From a virus: a DNA stretch of 64,000 nt. Position numbers and translations under genes: made by a program. The notes below the pieces were generated by a model that had not been told where the DNA came from, did no database searches, and saw only the letters and a program-made list of their open reading frames with translations. Each line of letters begins with the position of its first letter. The stretch's first letter is position 1. The DNA is taken from IMG/VR virus record IMGVR_UViG_3300017613_001944, positions 1 through 64,000 of that record; one strand, 5' to 3'. This document shows, piece after piece, positions 1-8,934 of this stretch.

Positions 1-1
1 G

Positions 2-112
2 GGATTGTATAGAATAACAACCGCAGAGGACACGTTCTACTTTATTGTTGGGATGGATCTAAAGAATAAAAACCCCTTTGTCAGAATCACTAACTTCGAG
101 GAGGTGCAGTAG
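2..112 (+). CDS. 3' end of a hypothetical gene truncated by the window edge
   Basis: Open frame GLYRITT...FEEVQ* whose TAG overlaps the GTG of the next gene. Confidence 0.45.
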   Translation, partial: GLYRITTAEDTFYFIVGMDLKNKNPFVRITNFEEVQ

Positions 113-897
113 TGCTAATCGCCATGGCGGTGTTTGATACCAAAGAGAATAAGCGCACTCAGCAGACGGAGGAGACTTTATGGGCGTTAAAGAAAACAGT
201 TAACTTTACAAGACATCGCCTGTTCGTGTGCGATAATGGTAGTTGTGATGAGACCATGAAGCTGTATGAGCGTATGCACAACGAGTTCCTTTTCGAGGTG
301 ATTGAGAATAAAAAGAATCTTGGGACGGCGGTTGCTATTAACAGGGCTTGGGCGAAGAGAGAGCCTGGTGAGCACTGCGTGAAGATGGATAATGATGTGA
401 CGATACACGAATCTGATTGGCCTGACCTGATGGAGTTTGTGTTTGCTAAGGAGCCGAAGATTGGGATATGTGGCCTCAAGCGTAAGGACATCTGGGAGTC
501 ACCGGATACTTCCCACGGCGAATACTACAGGAGCACTCTTGAGTTAATGCCCCACGAGCCGGGAGAGAGGTGGATCATCGTGGAGGATGTCAACCACGTC
601 ATAGGGACCTGTCAGGCGTATAGCTCATTACTGTTAGATGAGATCGGCTATCTTTATCAGATGCAGGACCAGGGCAACCTGTATGGCTTTGATGATAGTC
701 TGGCCTCACTGCGTGCGGAGATTGCCGGGTTCAGAAGGGTCTTTCTCCCTCACATAAGCATAGATCATATTGACCCTGGCGGCACGGAGTTCACCGATTG
801 GAAGAAGGTTAACGCCGGGGATTGGATGGGAGCTTATCATAAGGCGAGAGATGAATACAAATCTGGAGAGCGAAGCATTTTCTATCAAGGACCTTAG
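112..897 (+). CDS. Glycosyltransferase family 2 (GT-A)
   Basis: VCDNGS motif, NLG..AIN, DxD motif KMDNDV, YGFDD; RBS GAGGAGG upstream. Confidence 0.85.
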   Translation: MLIAMAVFDTKENKRTQQTEETLWALKKTVNFTRHRLFVCDNGSCDETMKLYERMHNEFLFEVIENKKNLGTAVAINRAWAKREPGEHCVKMDNDVTIHESDWPDLMEFVFAKEPKIGICGLKRKDIWESPDTSHGEYYRSTLELMPHEPGERWIIVEDVNHVIGTCQAYSSLLLDEIGYLYQMQDQGNLYGFDDSLASLRAEIAGFRRVFLPHISIDHIDPGGTEFTDWKKVNAGDWMGAYHKARDEYKSGERSIFYQGP

Positions 898-908
898 AAG
901 GAGTAGAT

Positions 909-1148
909 ATGGCAAGAGAGACAAGAAATATTCTATCGGTGTGGGCAGACTTTTTCAGTAGTCTCATGGGTGGAACCACGACAAGGATAGACCCCACAGA
1001 GAGAGAACTGGAAATTGATGATGTTATGACTGATCGGCAGATTCGTGATATATGCCGTGGGGAGGATGCTCCCTTTTGGGGCTCCGTCCAAGAAGCTCAG
1101 TTGAAGAATCGCAAGCTCAAAGCTAAGTTCAGAAAAAGAGGAGAGTGA
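909..1148 (+). CDS. Hypothetical protein
   Basis: ORF with AAGGAG RBS, in operon. Confidence 0.6.
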   Translation: MARETRNILSVWADFFSSLMGGTTTRIDPTERELEIDDVMTDRQIRDICRGEDAPFWGSVQEAQLKNRKLKAKFRKRGE

Positions 1149-1149
1149 C

Positions 1150-1299
1150 ATGAACACAAAGATTGATCTGTTGAATGTTGTATGCGAGGCTGTTGAATTA
1201 CTGGATGAGTACATCGCGTATCAGGATCGTGTCAGCACGGTAGATGAAGTGCGCGACACGATGGCTGCTCTGGCAACCGAGATCTTCGAGCGAGGATAA
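1150..1299 (+). CDS. Small hypothetical protein (49 aa, MNTKIDLL...FERG)
   Basis: Not in ORF track; fills the gap exactly; GAGGAG RBS. Confidence 0.55.
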   Translation: MNTKIDLLNVVCEAVELLDEYIAYQDRVSTVDEVRDTMAALATEIFERG

Positions 1300-1301
1300 T
1301 A

Positions 1302-1574
1302 ATGCTTCAGCTAGATGATTATAGGGTATGGTTCAAGCATAACAGAGACCCTGTGGGGATTCCCAATAGCTCCTATACCGCCCAGGGAATGACCACCTGT
1401 ATCATTGAGCGCAGCGAGATTGTAGTGTCTACGGGTAAGGCGTGGTGCTCATTTAGTGATATTTTCTGTAAGGGGACTGGAAGGAAGTTATCTTTTACCA
1501 GGGCGCTCTCCGCCTTTGATCGTCCTACCCGCGCGGCATTCTGGAAGGAATACCTTGGAAAAACATCCCCATGA
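1302..1574 (+). CDS. Hypothetical phage protein
   Basis: ORF coupled by ATGA to the next gene. Confidence 0.65.
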   Translation: MLQLDDYRVWFKHNRDPVGIPNSSYTAQGMTTCIIERSEIVVSTGKAWCSFSDIFCKGTGRKLSFTRALSAFDRPTRAAFWKEYLGKTSP

Positions 1575-2290
1575 CAGCAGTGTGTGTGTTGGGTCTTCAC
1601 TGCGGAGGGACTAGCGCCGTCGCCGGGGTTCTCCATCATCTAGGGGTATTCATGGGCGACGATCTCCTGGGTCCTAACTATAATAATCCCAAGGGACACT
1701 TTGAGGATCTCGAGTTTACAAGGTTTCATGACCAGATGATAGGCGACTGGAAGAGGCCCAGTAATGGATATGAGATAAACGATGAGTATGGTGCTCTTAT
1801 TGATAAACGCGCCAAAGAGCATGCTCTATGGGGAGTAAAAGACCCAAGAATGATATGGTGCTATTGTCAATTCCTTCATCATATCAATCAGGTAGACGAG
1901 ATACCATTAACTTTATTCGTTTATAGAAAGCCAAGCATCTGTGGACAGAGTCTTTATTTCAGAGGGGGACATGATCCAGCAGAGGCCCTGGGCATCTCGT
2001 ATAGATACTATCTTCGTATGTCGGAACATATGAAGGGTATCAAGTGGGAGAAGCTCTATGGACTAAGCACCGCAGGGAATGTCACTGGACCTAGCTTTCA
2101 GTCGAAGGATGGCTCTTGCGCCATAGTCAACTTTGACAACCTAATAAATCATACGAGAGAGGTAGTCAAAGGGATCATGTCCTGGATAGGATGGGTAGGC
2201 GGAGAGTGGCCCTTTGACGATTACGCACTGGATAGAGCTATTGATTTCATAGATCCAGAACTGCGTCATTGGAGGGAGGCAAATGGGTAA
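1571..2290 (+). CDS. Sulfotransferase-family protein
   Basis: VLGLHCGGTSAVAG (PAPS-loop-like), NPKGHFED, WGVKDPR, VYRKP. Confidence 0.8.
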   Translation: MTAVCVLGLHCGGTSAVAGVLHHLGVFMGDDLLGPNYNNPKGHFEDLEFTRFHDQMIGDWKRPSNGYEINDEYGALIDKRAKEHALWGVKDPRMIWCYCQFLHHINQVDEIPLTLFVYRKPSICGQSLYFRGGHDPAEALGISYRYYLRMSEHMKGIKWEKLYGLSTAGNVTGPSFQSKDGSCAIVNFDNLINHTREVVKGIMSWIGWVGGEWPFDDYALDRAIDFIDPELRHWREANG

Positions 2291-2573
2291 ATCAACTAGA
2301 CGTGAGTTTCTACGGAACTCGATTACTGGATTGATAGCACTGACAGGGGCGAAGCTCCTCAAGCCGGTGGAGGGGATGCCAGAGGAGTTCTTAGAGGATG
2401 TTGAAGCAGAGTCTCTGGATACCGATGTCCCAAGTGATATGGAGTGGGTGCATGTTGCATACAGCGATGGTATGTCTAGCGCTTTCAGTTATTGGACTCC
2501 CCGTGTTCCAGACCCTGGGAGTTTTGAAGGTACAATCTTTATTAATGGCGTTCCCATGCGGAGGATAGGATAA
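2283..2573 (+). CDS. Small protein with twin-arginine (Tat) signal-like N-terminus
   Basis: STRREFL followed by hydrophobic ITGLIALTG. Confidence 0.65.
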   Translation: MGKSTRREFLRNSITGLIALTGAKLLKPVEGMPEEFLEDVEAESLDTDVPSDMEWVHVAYSDGMSSAFSYWTPRVPDPGSFEGTIFINGVPMRRIG

Positions 2574-3863
2574 ATGAATATCTGTTATATTGGAGGGGCT
2601 GGTAGACTTGGTTATCCACTGGCCTATTGGAGTGCTCAGTGTGGCTTTGATGTGATTATCGCTGATACCAACGAAGACGCCGTAGAGGAGATCAACGAAG
2701 GACGATACGAGCCCTACGAAAAAATCTCTAGTGCTCCAAAGTTCGCCGGAAGCATTGTAGCAACCGTAGACATCATCAAGGCAGTCTCTGTGTGTGAGTT
2801 GGTCTTTGTGATTGTTCCAACGCCCAGCGAGACCAGCGGCGCGTTTAACATCGAGTATGTACTTGATACTTGCGCCGAGATCGGTGAGGCCATATCCCAA
2901 GATGACATTTACCGCACCGTCGTCATCGTGTCCACGGTTAATCCCGGCGACACCGATTCTCTCATCCGTGCTAAGATACAGAAGCACGCCGGTAAGACAA
3001 AGAGAGTCGGCGTTGACTTTGGTCTGGTATACAGCCCAGAGTTCGTGAGGCAGGGCTCCATCATGGATGACTTTGCACATCCAGACGTGCTCCTGCTGGG
3101 CTCTACCCACAAGAAAGATTCAGTCCATCTGGTGAAGAGCTACTACAATGTTGTTACTGGACACAGTGTCGCTCCCGAGAGTGTACACTACATGAGTCCC
3201 ATCTCCGCAGAGATTGCCAAGATCACCCTGAATACCGCCCTCAATGCAAAGATGGCGGTAGCTAACCAGACGGCTTGGTTGTGCCACTTGATGCCGGGGG
3301 CTGACGCTAAAGACGTACTCGCCGCCGTAGGAGGGGATAAGCGTATTGGCCCCCAGTTATTGAAACCAGGTACACCTCCCGGTGGCCCTTGTCTTCCCAG
3401 AGATAACCGCGCTCTAGCCAGTATATGCCACACGAAGAACGTGGGCGGCTTTTTACCAGTAGCTGCCGCAGAGTTCACCGAGTGGCAAGTATCAGCTATC
3501 TGCCTGGTCCTGGGCGGGATGATGACAACCGCCAATAAGAACAAGCCCTGTATCCTTGGCCTCACCTACAAGACGGGTGTGGACATCTATGAGGAGAGCG
3601 CGGGGATGAGGGTGTTCAACGCCTTTGCAGATGTGCCGATGGAGTGCTTGAGCTACGACCCTGGCATTGATGGACCTGGCGGGTTAGCCGGGGCAATCGA
3701 GGGATGTGACTTCCTGGTCATCATGACGCCCTGGGAGGAGTTCAAGGAGTTGCAGGATATGGACTTGAGCGGTGTCGTAGTCTTTGATATGTGGCGCATG
3801 TTTGAGGATCTCGACTGTGAGACATACGTACCGTTCGGGGTTGGGAGAGTTCGGAGTGAATAA
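2574..3863 (+). CDS. UDP-glucose/GDP-mannose dehydrogenase family nucleotide-sugar dehydrogenase
   Basis: Rossmann GGAGRLG, VPTP, STVNPG, SPEF, AEIAK, catalytic GGPCLPRD, GLTYK. Confidence 0.92.
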   Translation: MNICYIGGAGRLGYPLAYWSAQCGFDVIIADTNEDAVEEINEGRYEPYEKISSAPKFAGSIVATVDIIKAVSVCELVFVIVPTPSETSGAFNIEYVLDTCAEIGEAISQDDIYRTVVIVSTVNPGDTDSLIRAKIQKHAGKTKRVGVDFGLVYSPEFVRQGSIMDDFAHPDVLLLGSTHKKDSVHLVKSYYNVVTGHSVAPESVHYMSPISAEIAKITLNTALNAKMAVANQTAWLCHLMPGADAKDVLAAVGGDKRIGPQLLKPGTPPGGPCLPRDNRALASICHTKNVGGFLPVAAAEFTEWQVSAICLVLGGMMTTANKNKPCILGLTYKTGVDIYEESAGMRVFNAFADVPMECLSYDPGIDGPGGLAGAIEGCDFLVIMTPWEEFKELQDMDLSGVVVFDMWRMFEDLDCETYVPFGVGRVRSE

Positions 3864-4236
3864 TCTTGACATTCTTGTTGCTGAGAAGGTCATGGGTTGG
3901 ACCTTGATGAACTACGAAGACGAGAAGGTATCAGATGATTATGCAGGAGCTAGGGGCAATGACGGATGGTACTGGGAGGGGGTAAATTACGAAGTCTGGG
4001 AATGGTGCCCATCAGAGAAGATCGAGTGCGCCTGGGAAGTAGTAGAAGAGATGGTTCGACTGGGCAGATTTGTATCCATTGAGGCCCACGGCAATAAAGA
4101 GTCAATACCCGGTGACTGGGGATGGCGAATTGGAATCCAGGTCTCCGAAAGAATAATTGATTTTCACTATGCCGAAACCGTCTGTCTTGCTATCTGCGAA
4201 GCTGCACTAAAGGCGATGGAGAAAGAATATGCGTAA
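3856..4236 (+). CDS. Phage ABA-sandwich (BC1872-like) domain protein
   Basis: LDILVAEKVMGW...PSEKIECAWEVVE...LAICEAAL pattern; GTG start overlapping upstream stop region. Confidence 0.6.
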   Translation: MNNLDILVAEKVMGWTLMNYEDEKVSDDYAGARGNDGWYWEGVNYEVWEWCPSEKIECAWEVVEEMVRLGRFVSIEAHGNKESIPGDWGWRIGIQVSERIIDFHYAETVCLAICEAALKAMEKEYA

Positions 4237-5200
4237 CGTACTTGTCACTGGCGGGGCAGGCTTCATAGGGCACCACCTATGCCGTTATCTGAAAGGGCTT
4301 GGGTACCAGGTCTACGGCGTAGACATCAAGCCGCTGGAGGAAAGCTGGGGCAACCCAACCGATTATGATGTGTATGAGCAAGTGGATCTACGCAACTACC
4401 TCTCGGCACACAAGCTGATGTTCATGGGGGAATTTGACGATGTGTATGCTCTAGCCGCCGACATGGGCGGCATGGGCTTTATTGGCGAAGAGAGTAACAA
4501 CATGGCAATAATGAGGAACAACTCTCTCATTAATATCAATACCCTAAACACTGCCAAAAGATGCGGAGTGTCACGCTACCTCTTCACCAGCAGCGCCTGT
4601 GTATATCCAGAGCACCTGCAACTTGCCACGGATGCCTCTCCTCTCAAAGAGCACGACGCTTACCCGGCACTCCCTGACACTGTGTATGGATGGGAGAAGC
4701 TGTTCTCCGAGATCCTAGCTAGCCAGTATGCCCCCTATATGGACATTCGTATTGCCAGGTTCCATAACATCTTTGGACCCGAGGGCTCCTGGGACGATGG
4801 TAGGGAGAAGCTCCCGGCGGCTGCTTGCAGGAAAGTGGCTATGGCAAAGGGAGACCATGACATTGAGGTTTGGGGGGATGGAGAACAGACCAGGAGCTTC
4901 TGTTACATTGATGATTGCCTGGAGATGCTCTACGCACTGATGAACTCAGACTACGACCAACCCCTCAACATCGGCACAGATCGTTCTGTGACGGTGAATG
5001 AAATGTTTGATATTGTAGCCGACATCGCAGGAATCAAGATCAGCAAGGTGCACGATCTAACCAAACCTCAAGGGGTGCGCGGGAGAAATGCAGATCTCTC
5101 CCTGATGAAGAAGGTATTGGGCATTGAACCTATATACACCCTTGAGGCTGGACTCGAGAAGACCTATAGATGGATAGCAGAGGAGCTAAACAATGGGTAG
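4229..5200 (+). CDS. NAD-dependent epimerase, GDP-mannose 3,5-epimerase-like
   Basis: TGGAGFIG, LAADMGGMGFI, SSACVYP, YGWEK, GREKLPAAACRK, GVRGRN. Confidence 0.92.
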   Translation: MRNVLVTGGAGFIGHHLCRYLKGLGYQVYGVDIKPLEESWGNPTDYDVYEQVDLRNYLSAHKLMFMGEFDDVYALAADMGGMGFIGEESNNMAIMRNNSLININTLNTAKRCGVSRYLFTSSACVYPEHLQLATDASPLKEHDAYPALPDTVYGWEKLFSEILASQYAPYMDIRIARFHNIFGPEGSWDDGREKLPAAACRKVAMAKGDHDIEVWGDGEQTRSFCYIDDCLEMLYALMNSDYDQPLNIGTDRSVTVNEMFDIVADIAGIKISKVHDLTKPQGVRGRNADLSLMKKVLGIEPIYTLEAGLEKTYRWIAEELNNG

Positions 5201-5318
5201 AAAGAAACCAGCTACTTGTCCAACGTGCGCGGGAAATAAAGAGATCTATGTGAACGGGAAGTGGGAGAAATGCAAAGAGTGCAAGGGAATAGGATTTATC
5301 CTGGTAGACGATAAGTAG
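5193..5318 (+). CDS. 41-aa zinc-finger protein (DnaJ-type CxxCxG repeats)
   Basis: MGRKKPATCPTCAG...KCKECKGIG; GAGGAG RBS; overlaps both neighbours; absent from ORF track. Confidence 0.65.
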   Translation: MGRKKPATCPTCAGNKEIYVNGKWEKCKECKGIGFILVDDK

Positions 5319-6166
5319 TGGATAAGCTCATTATAGCAACATCGAGAAAGCTGATAGTATGGGATGGTGATGCCACCACTTTCGCGGAGACTACGGCTCC
5401 CTGGCAATACTTCTACGGTATTACCTGGGAGCCTGGTAGGTTATACGCAGTGTTTGGCGGAAACGTCCTTACCTTCACCCCCACGCTGATCCCCGGCAAG
5501 GATGTACCACTTGGCTTTGGTCTCTCTTCTCCCCGGCAGATATTTTCTGTAAAGGGCGAGTTGTATGTCTGCGAGGAGACGGGACATCTTTGGAAGTGGA
5601 ATCGCTCGACGGAAAGGACCACTCTTATCAAGCATTTCAAGAAGGAAACTTGCCTCAATTCGATATGGAACGATGGCGAGTTTTTTTACATTGTGGGAAG
5701 CTGTGGCACCAACATACCAAAGATGGTAGCTATTTACGATGGGAATTGGAGAGAGCAGGATAGATACCTGATTGACAGGGATGTCTTCCGCGACGGGATG
5801 TACTCCAACATCTATAATGTTTACATGGAGCGCGGAATCATATATACTCTAGCTAGAGGAACACTCATTCAGATAGATACAAGAACAGGCAAGACACAAA
5901 GCCTTTTCTTCTCCGACAAGATGTGCTTGAGAGGGTTGGCAAGAACGGGTCACTACTTCTACGTAGGTGTCTCGGATATGGCTCTCCCTGAAAATCACAC
6001 GAAGGGGAACTCCTCAATAATCGTACTGGATGATGATCTGGATTACGTGAATACTATAGAGCTCCGGGGCACAGGACAACTATATGATATCAGGGCGATA
6101 GACAGCCTTGATCTTGCCCATAACAGAATCAGATGTCCCATAAAGGGAGAGAGATGGAAGCGATAG
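5318..6166 (+). CDS. Putative beta-propeller protein, paralog of 8044-8934
   Basis: Shared YGITW, LNS.W.D, I.NVY, LRGLART, FYVGVS, TGQL.DIR, AHNR..CP.KG. Confidence 0.65.
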   Translation: MDKLIIATSRKLIVWDGDATTFAETTAPWQYFYGITWEPGRLYAVFGGNVLTFTPTLIPGKDVPLGFGLSSPRQIFSVKGELYVCEETGHLWKWNRSTERTTLIKHFKKETCLNSIWNDGEFFYIVGSCGTNIPKMVAIYDGNWREQDRYLIDRDVFRDGMYSNIYNVYMERGIIYTLARGTLIQIDTRTGKTQSLFFSDKMCLRGLARTGHYFYVGVSDMALPENHTKGNSSIIVLDDDLDYVNTIELRGTGQLYDIRAIDSLDLAHNRIRCPIKGERWKR

Positions 6167-6774
6167 TAGTCGTGGATATGTGGGAGAGGCACTGGTGCAG
6201 AACCGCTGCTGCCAGAATGACGCTGTTGGCAAACAAGATGCACAATGCCCTTCTCACTGCCAGAGATTTCAACATGCCCATAATATTTGCCGGTGTAGAG
6301 GATGATCCTGACGCTTTCCTTCTCCCGGAAAAGAAAAAAGCGCCGATTAAGCCAGTCCCCGAGATCCATGTCCATGTAACCAGTGTACCCTATGTCATAT
6401 GCGAGTGTTCCGGTTCTGTATGTGAGCTTGGCGGGTCCAATAAAGAATTGAACAAGAACATGGTGACAGCGCCGGGGGATTATCAAGTCCATGACATTGA
6501 CCACCTTTATGGACTCTGCCAGCAGAGAAATATCTCCAAGCTATACTACATGGGAGCTGCTGCCAATATGTGTATTCTCCACAAGAGCTATGGAATGATA
6601 ATGGCGCATTACTGTCTTGGGCTAAAGTGTGTACTCGTCAGGGATCTAGCCATTCCATGGTTGCCAGACTACAAGGATAACAGGATCACAGGGGAGGCCC
6701 AGGTGATCCGCGACATTGAGAAGTACCTTGGGCAAACAGTTAACAGGCGCGAGATGATAGATGGCCTCTCTTAA
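6154..6774 (+). CDS. Isochorismatase-like cysteine hydrolase
   Basis: IVVVDMW and GAAANMCI motifs, VLVRDL. Confidence 0.7.
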   Translation: MEAIVVVDMWERHWCRTAAARMTLLANKMHNALLTARDFNMPIIFAGVEDDPDAFLLPEKKKAPIKPVPEIHVHVTSVPYVICECSGSVCELGGSNKELNKNMVTAPGDYQVHDIDHLYGLCQQRNISKLYYMGAAANMCILHKSYGMIMAHYCLGLKCVLVRDLAIPWLPDYKDNRITGEAQVIRDIEKYLGQTVNRREMIDGLS

Positions 6775-8044
6775 AGATGAAGTAAGGAGCTTTTGGTATA
6801 ACAATGTGCCTGGATCAATCCACGGTGTGAGCCGCCAGGAGATCCAGCTCTACGGTGGCCCCTCAAATAAATACGATGGGTGTGAGATGTGTCAGCGTTC
6901 AGAGTGGTTCTCACGCATTTACCAGAAGAATACTTTCGAGGAGCACAAGTGTGGTACGTCAGTGGAGTGCAAGGGCGTGTGTGCTCTACAGGGGAAAGAA
7001 GAGTGGGTGCACAGGCATCACGACTTTACATTCTCTCTTGGAATAGACCAGGGCCTCCCCGCCCCAAAGTGTCTTTTTCTTTTTCCTTACGCACCGGAAG
7101 GCGAAGTACATGCACGCTTTACAAGCATTGGCTGCGACCACTGGATGCTGAACTTGCGTCGGCAACTGGCACAGACGTGCCAGGTTGGGATACGTGGTCC
7201 AAGACCAACCGATTGCAATGAGTTTGACTTTGCGCTGGTGTTCAATCATCCAAGAGCTACAGACTTCACCAGGCCAGACATCCCAATTGTGATGTATGGA
7301 CATGATTTAAGAAAGGATCACGGGTTTATAGATCATCTACGACCAGACTATTTACTGACTCCTTGTCCAACCGCATGGCCCCAGGTGAACAAATTTCCAG
7401 AGAAGACAAAGGTAAGGTTCTATTGCCAGAGTCCCAGTGAGTATTTCACCAGAACAAATCTCGACATAAAGCACATAGACCTTCTGGCAACCGGAACTAT
7501 TCACGGGAGTACCTACAGATTCAGAGATGCACTTAATACACAGCTCTCTGCTCTTCCCAGCAAATATATTGTTCGGTGCTCAAATAACCTGGGGATGTTT
7601 AGTGCTCACTGTAGCGGAGAGACACAAACAGAGAATTGGGATGGAACAATAGACACAGATATCTCCTACCATTATCTGAACGCATACTCGGCTCTTTTGG
7701 GATCTGCCAAGTTTGTAATCTTTGGTCATCTTGCCGGGGAGCATCAGTTAGTACTCGCCAAGCACTACGAGTGTCTTGGAAGTGGAGCTATCCCCATAAT
7801 GCCAGGGTCCCCCGATCTACATCTACTGGGCGTTGAGCCAATGGTACACTACATCCCCCTGGAGTTTGTTTGGGAGGACAACACACAGCTTGAGTATTAC
7901 TTGTCCAATTACGAGGACTTCAGGTATATAGCATTTAACGCCGCAGGATGGCACCGAGAGAATGTGGACAGAATGCTCTTTGATGACTTTGAGAATTTTG
8001 TGCAAGAGGTGACAGACCACAAGTATCCCCGGAGATTAGTGTAA
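6761..8044 (+). CDS. Putative GT-B glycosyltransferase (CgeB/Glyco_trans_1_2-like C-terminus)
   Basis: YSALLGSAKF...KHYECLGSGAI...HYIP...IAFNA pattern. Confidence 0.7.
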   Translation: MASLKDEVRSFWYNNVPGSIHGVSRQEIQLYGGPSNKYDGCEMCQRSEWFSRIYQKNTFEEHKCGTSVECKGVCALQGKEEWVHRHHDFTFSLGIDQGLPAPKCLFLFPYAPEGEVHARFTSIGCDHWMLNLRRQLAQTCQVGIRGPRPTDCNEFDFALVFNHPRATDFTRPDIPIVMYGHDLRKDHGFIDHLRPDYLLTPCPTAWPQVNKFPEKTKVRFYCQSPSEYFTRTNLDIKHIDLLATGTIHGSTYRFRDALNTQLSALPSKYIVRCSNNLGMFSAHCSGETQTENWDGTIDTDISYHYLNAYSALLGSAKFVIFGHLAGEHQLVLAKHYECLGSGAIPIMPGSPDLHLLGVEPMVHYIPLEFVWEDNTQLEYYLSNYEDFRYIAFNAAGWHRENVDRMLFDDFENFVQEVTDHKYPRRLV

Positions 8045-8934
8045 TGGATAAGCTATTGATCTCGACTTCTAAGCGCTTGGTCTTGTGGGACAAGGTAGCT
8101 CATACTCTTATGGAGATGGATGACCCCAATCATCTTTTCTATGGGATTACCTGGAGCCCCGAAGAGATATATGTAGTAGCGGGTCCCGACGTTCTAACAT
8201 TCGACAAGGACTTCAATCCAACCGGCAAGCTACCCTTCCACGATCTATGGGGTGCTCATCAGTGTTATTGGTGGGACGGCAAGGTGTATGTCTTCCAGTC
8301 CCCCACCAATGAGATATTCGTATGGGACGGCAAGGAAGTTACCACGCTGCCCTACCCCTATTTCAAGAAAGGGATAGAGGACCCGCACTTAAATTCAATG
8401 TGGTGTGACGACAACTTTTTCTACGTAGCAGAGCACTGGCAGCAGGAGCTCCCGAAGATCATCAGAGTGTTCGATCTGGATTGGAACCCGGTTACTACAG
8501 TCGAGATAGAGGAGGAGGCGTTTGGAGAAGGTGGTCACTCCGGCATCCATAATGTCTACTGGGAGGGTGGGTATATCATCACTCTTGGCCCCGGTGTTAT
8601 CATTTGCGCCAGGAGTCAGGACCTCACTGTTGGCATTGGTGTGGATGTCAGGGGTTATGAGGGATTACCCAATCTCACATTTACCAGCTACCTGCGTGGC
8701 CTTGCAAGAACAAACAGCAACTTCTACGTGGGGGTATCTCAGCTAGCCGGGAGAGACCAGAGGCACCTTGGCGGGGACGCTATGGTTCTAAAACTCGATG
8801 ATTCGCTAGGGCTTGAGGATGTTATCTTATTGAAGGACACAGGGCAACTCTGTGATATACGTTGCATAGATCCGTTGGACCACGCTCACAATAGAGTGCC
8901 ATGTCCATATAAGGGGAAGAATGTTACCATTTGA
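8044..8934 (+). CDS. Putative beta-propeller protein, paralog of 5318-6166
   Basis: Same motif series as 5318-6166. Confidence 0.65.
   Translation: MDKLLISTSKRLVLWDKVAHTLMEMDDPNHLFYGITWSPEEIYVVAGPDVLTFDKDFNPTGKLPFHDLWGAHQCYWWDGKVYVFQSPTNEIFVWDGKEVTTLPYPYFKKGIEDPHLNSMWCDDNFFYVAEHWQQELPKIIRVFDLDWNPVTTVEIEEEAFGEGGHSGIHNVYWEGGYIITLGPGVIICARSQDLTVGIGVDVRGYEGLPNLTFTSYLRGLARTNSNFYVGVSQLAGRDQRHLGGDAMVLKLDDSLGLEDVILLKDTGQLCDIRCIDPLDHAHNRVPCPYKGKNVTI

Noticed and set aside
2391-3110. 239-aa antisense ORF and the many other opposite-strand ORFs in the track
   Set aside because: Shadows of well-supported genes; no motifs or RBS
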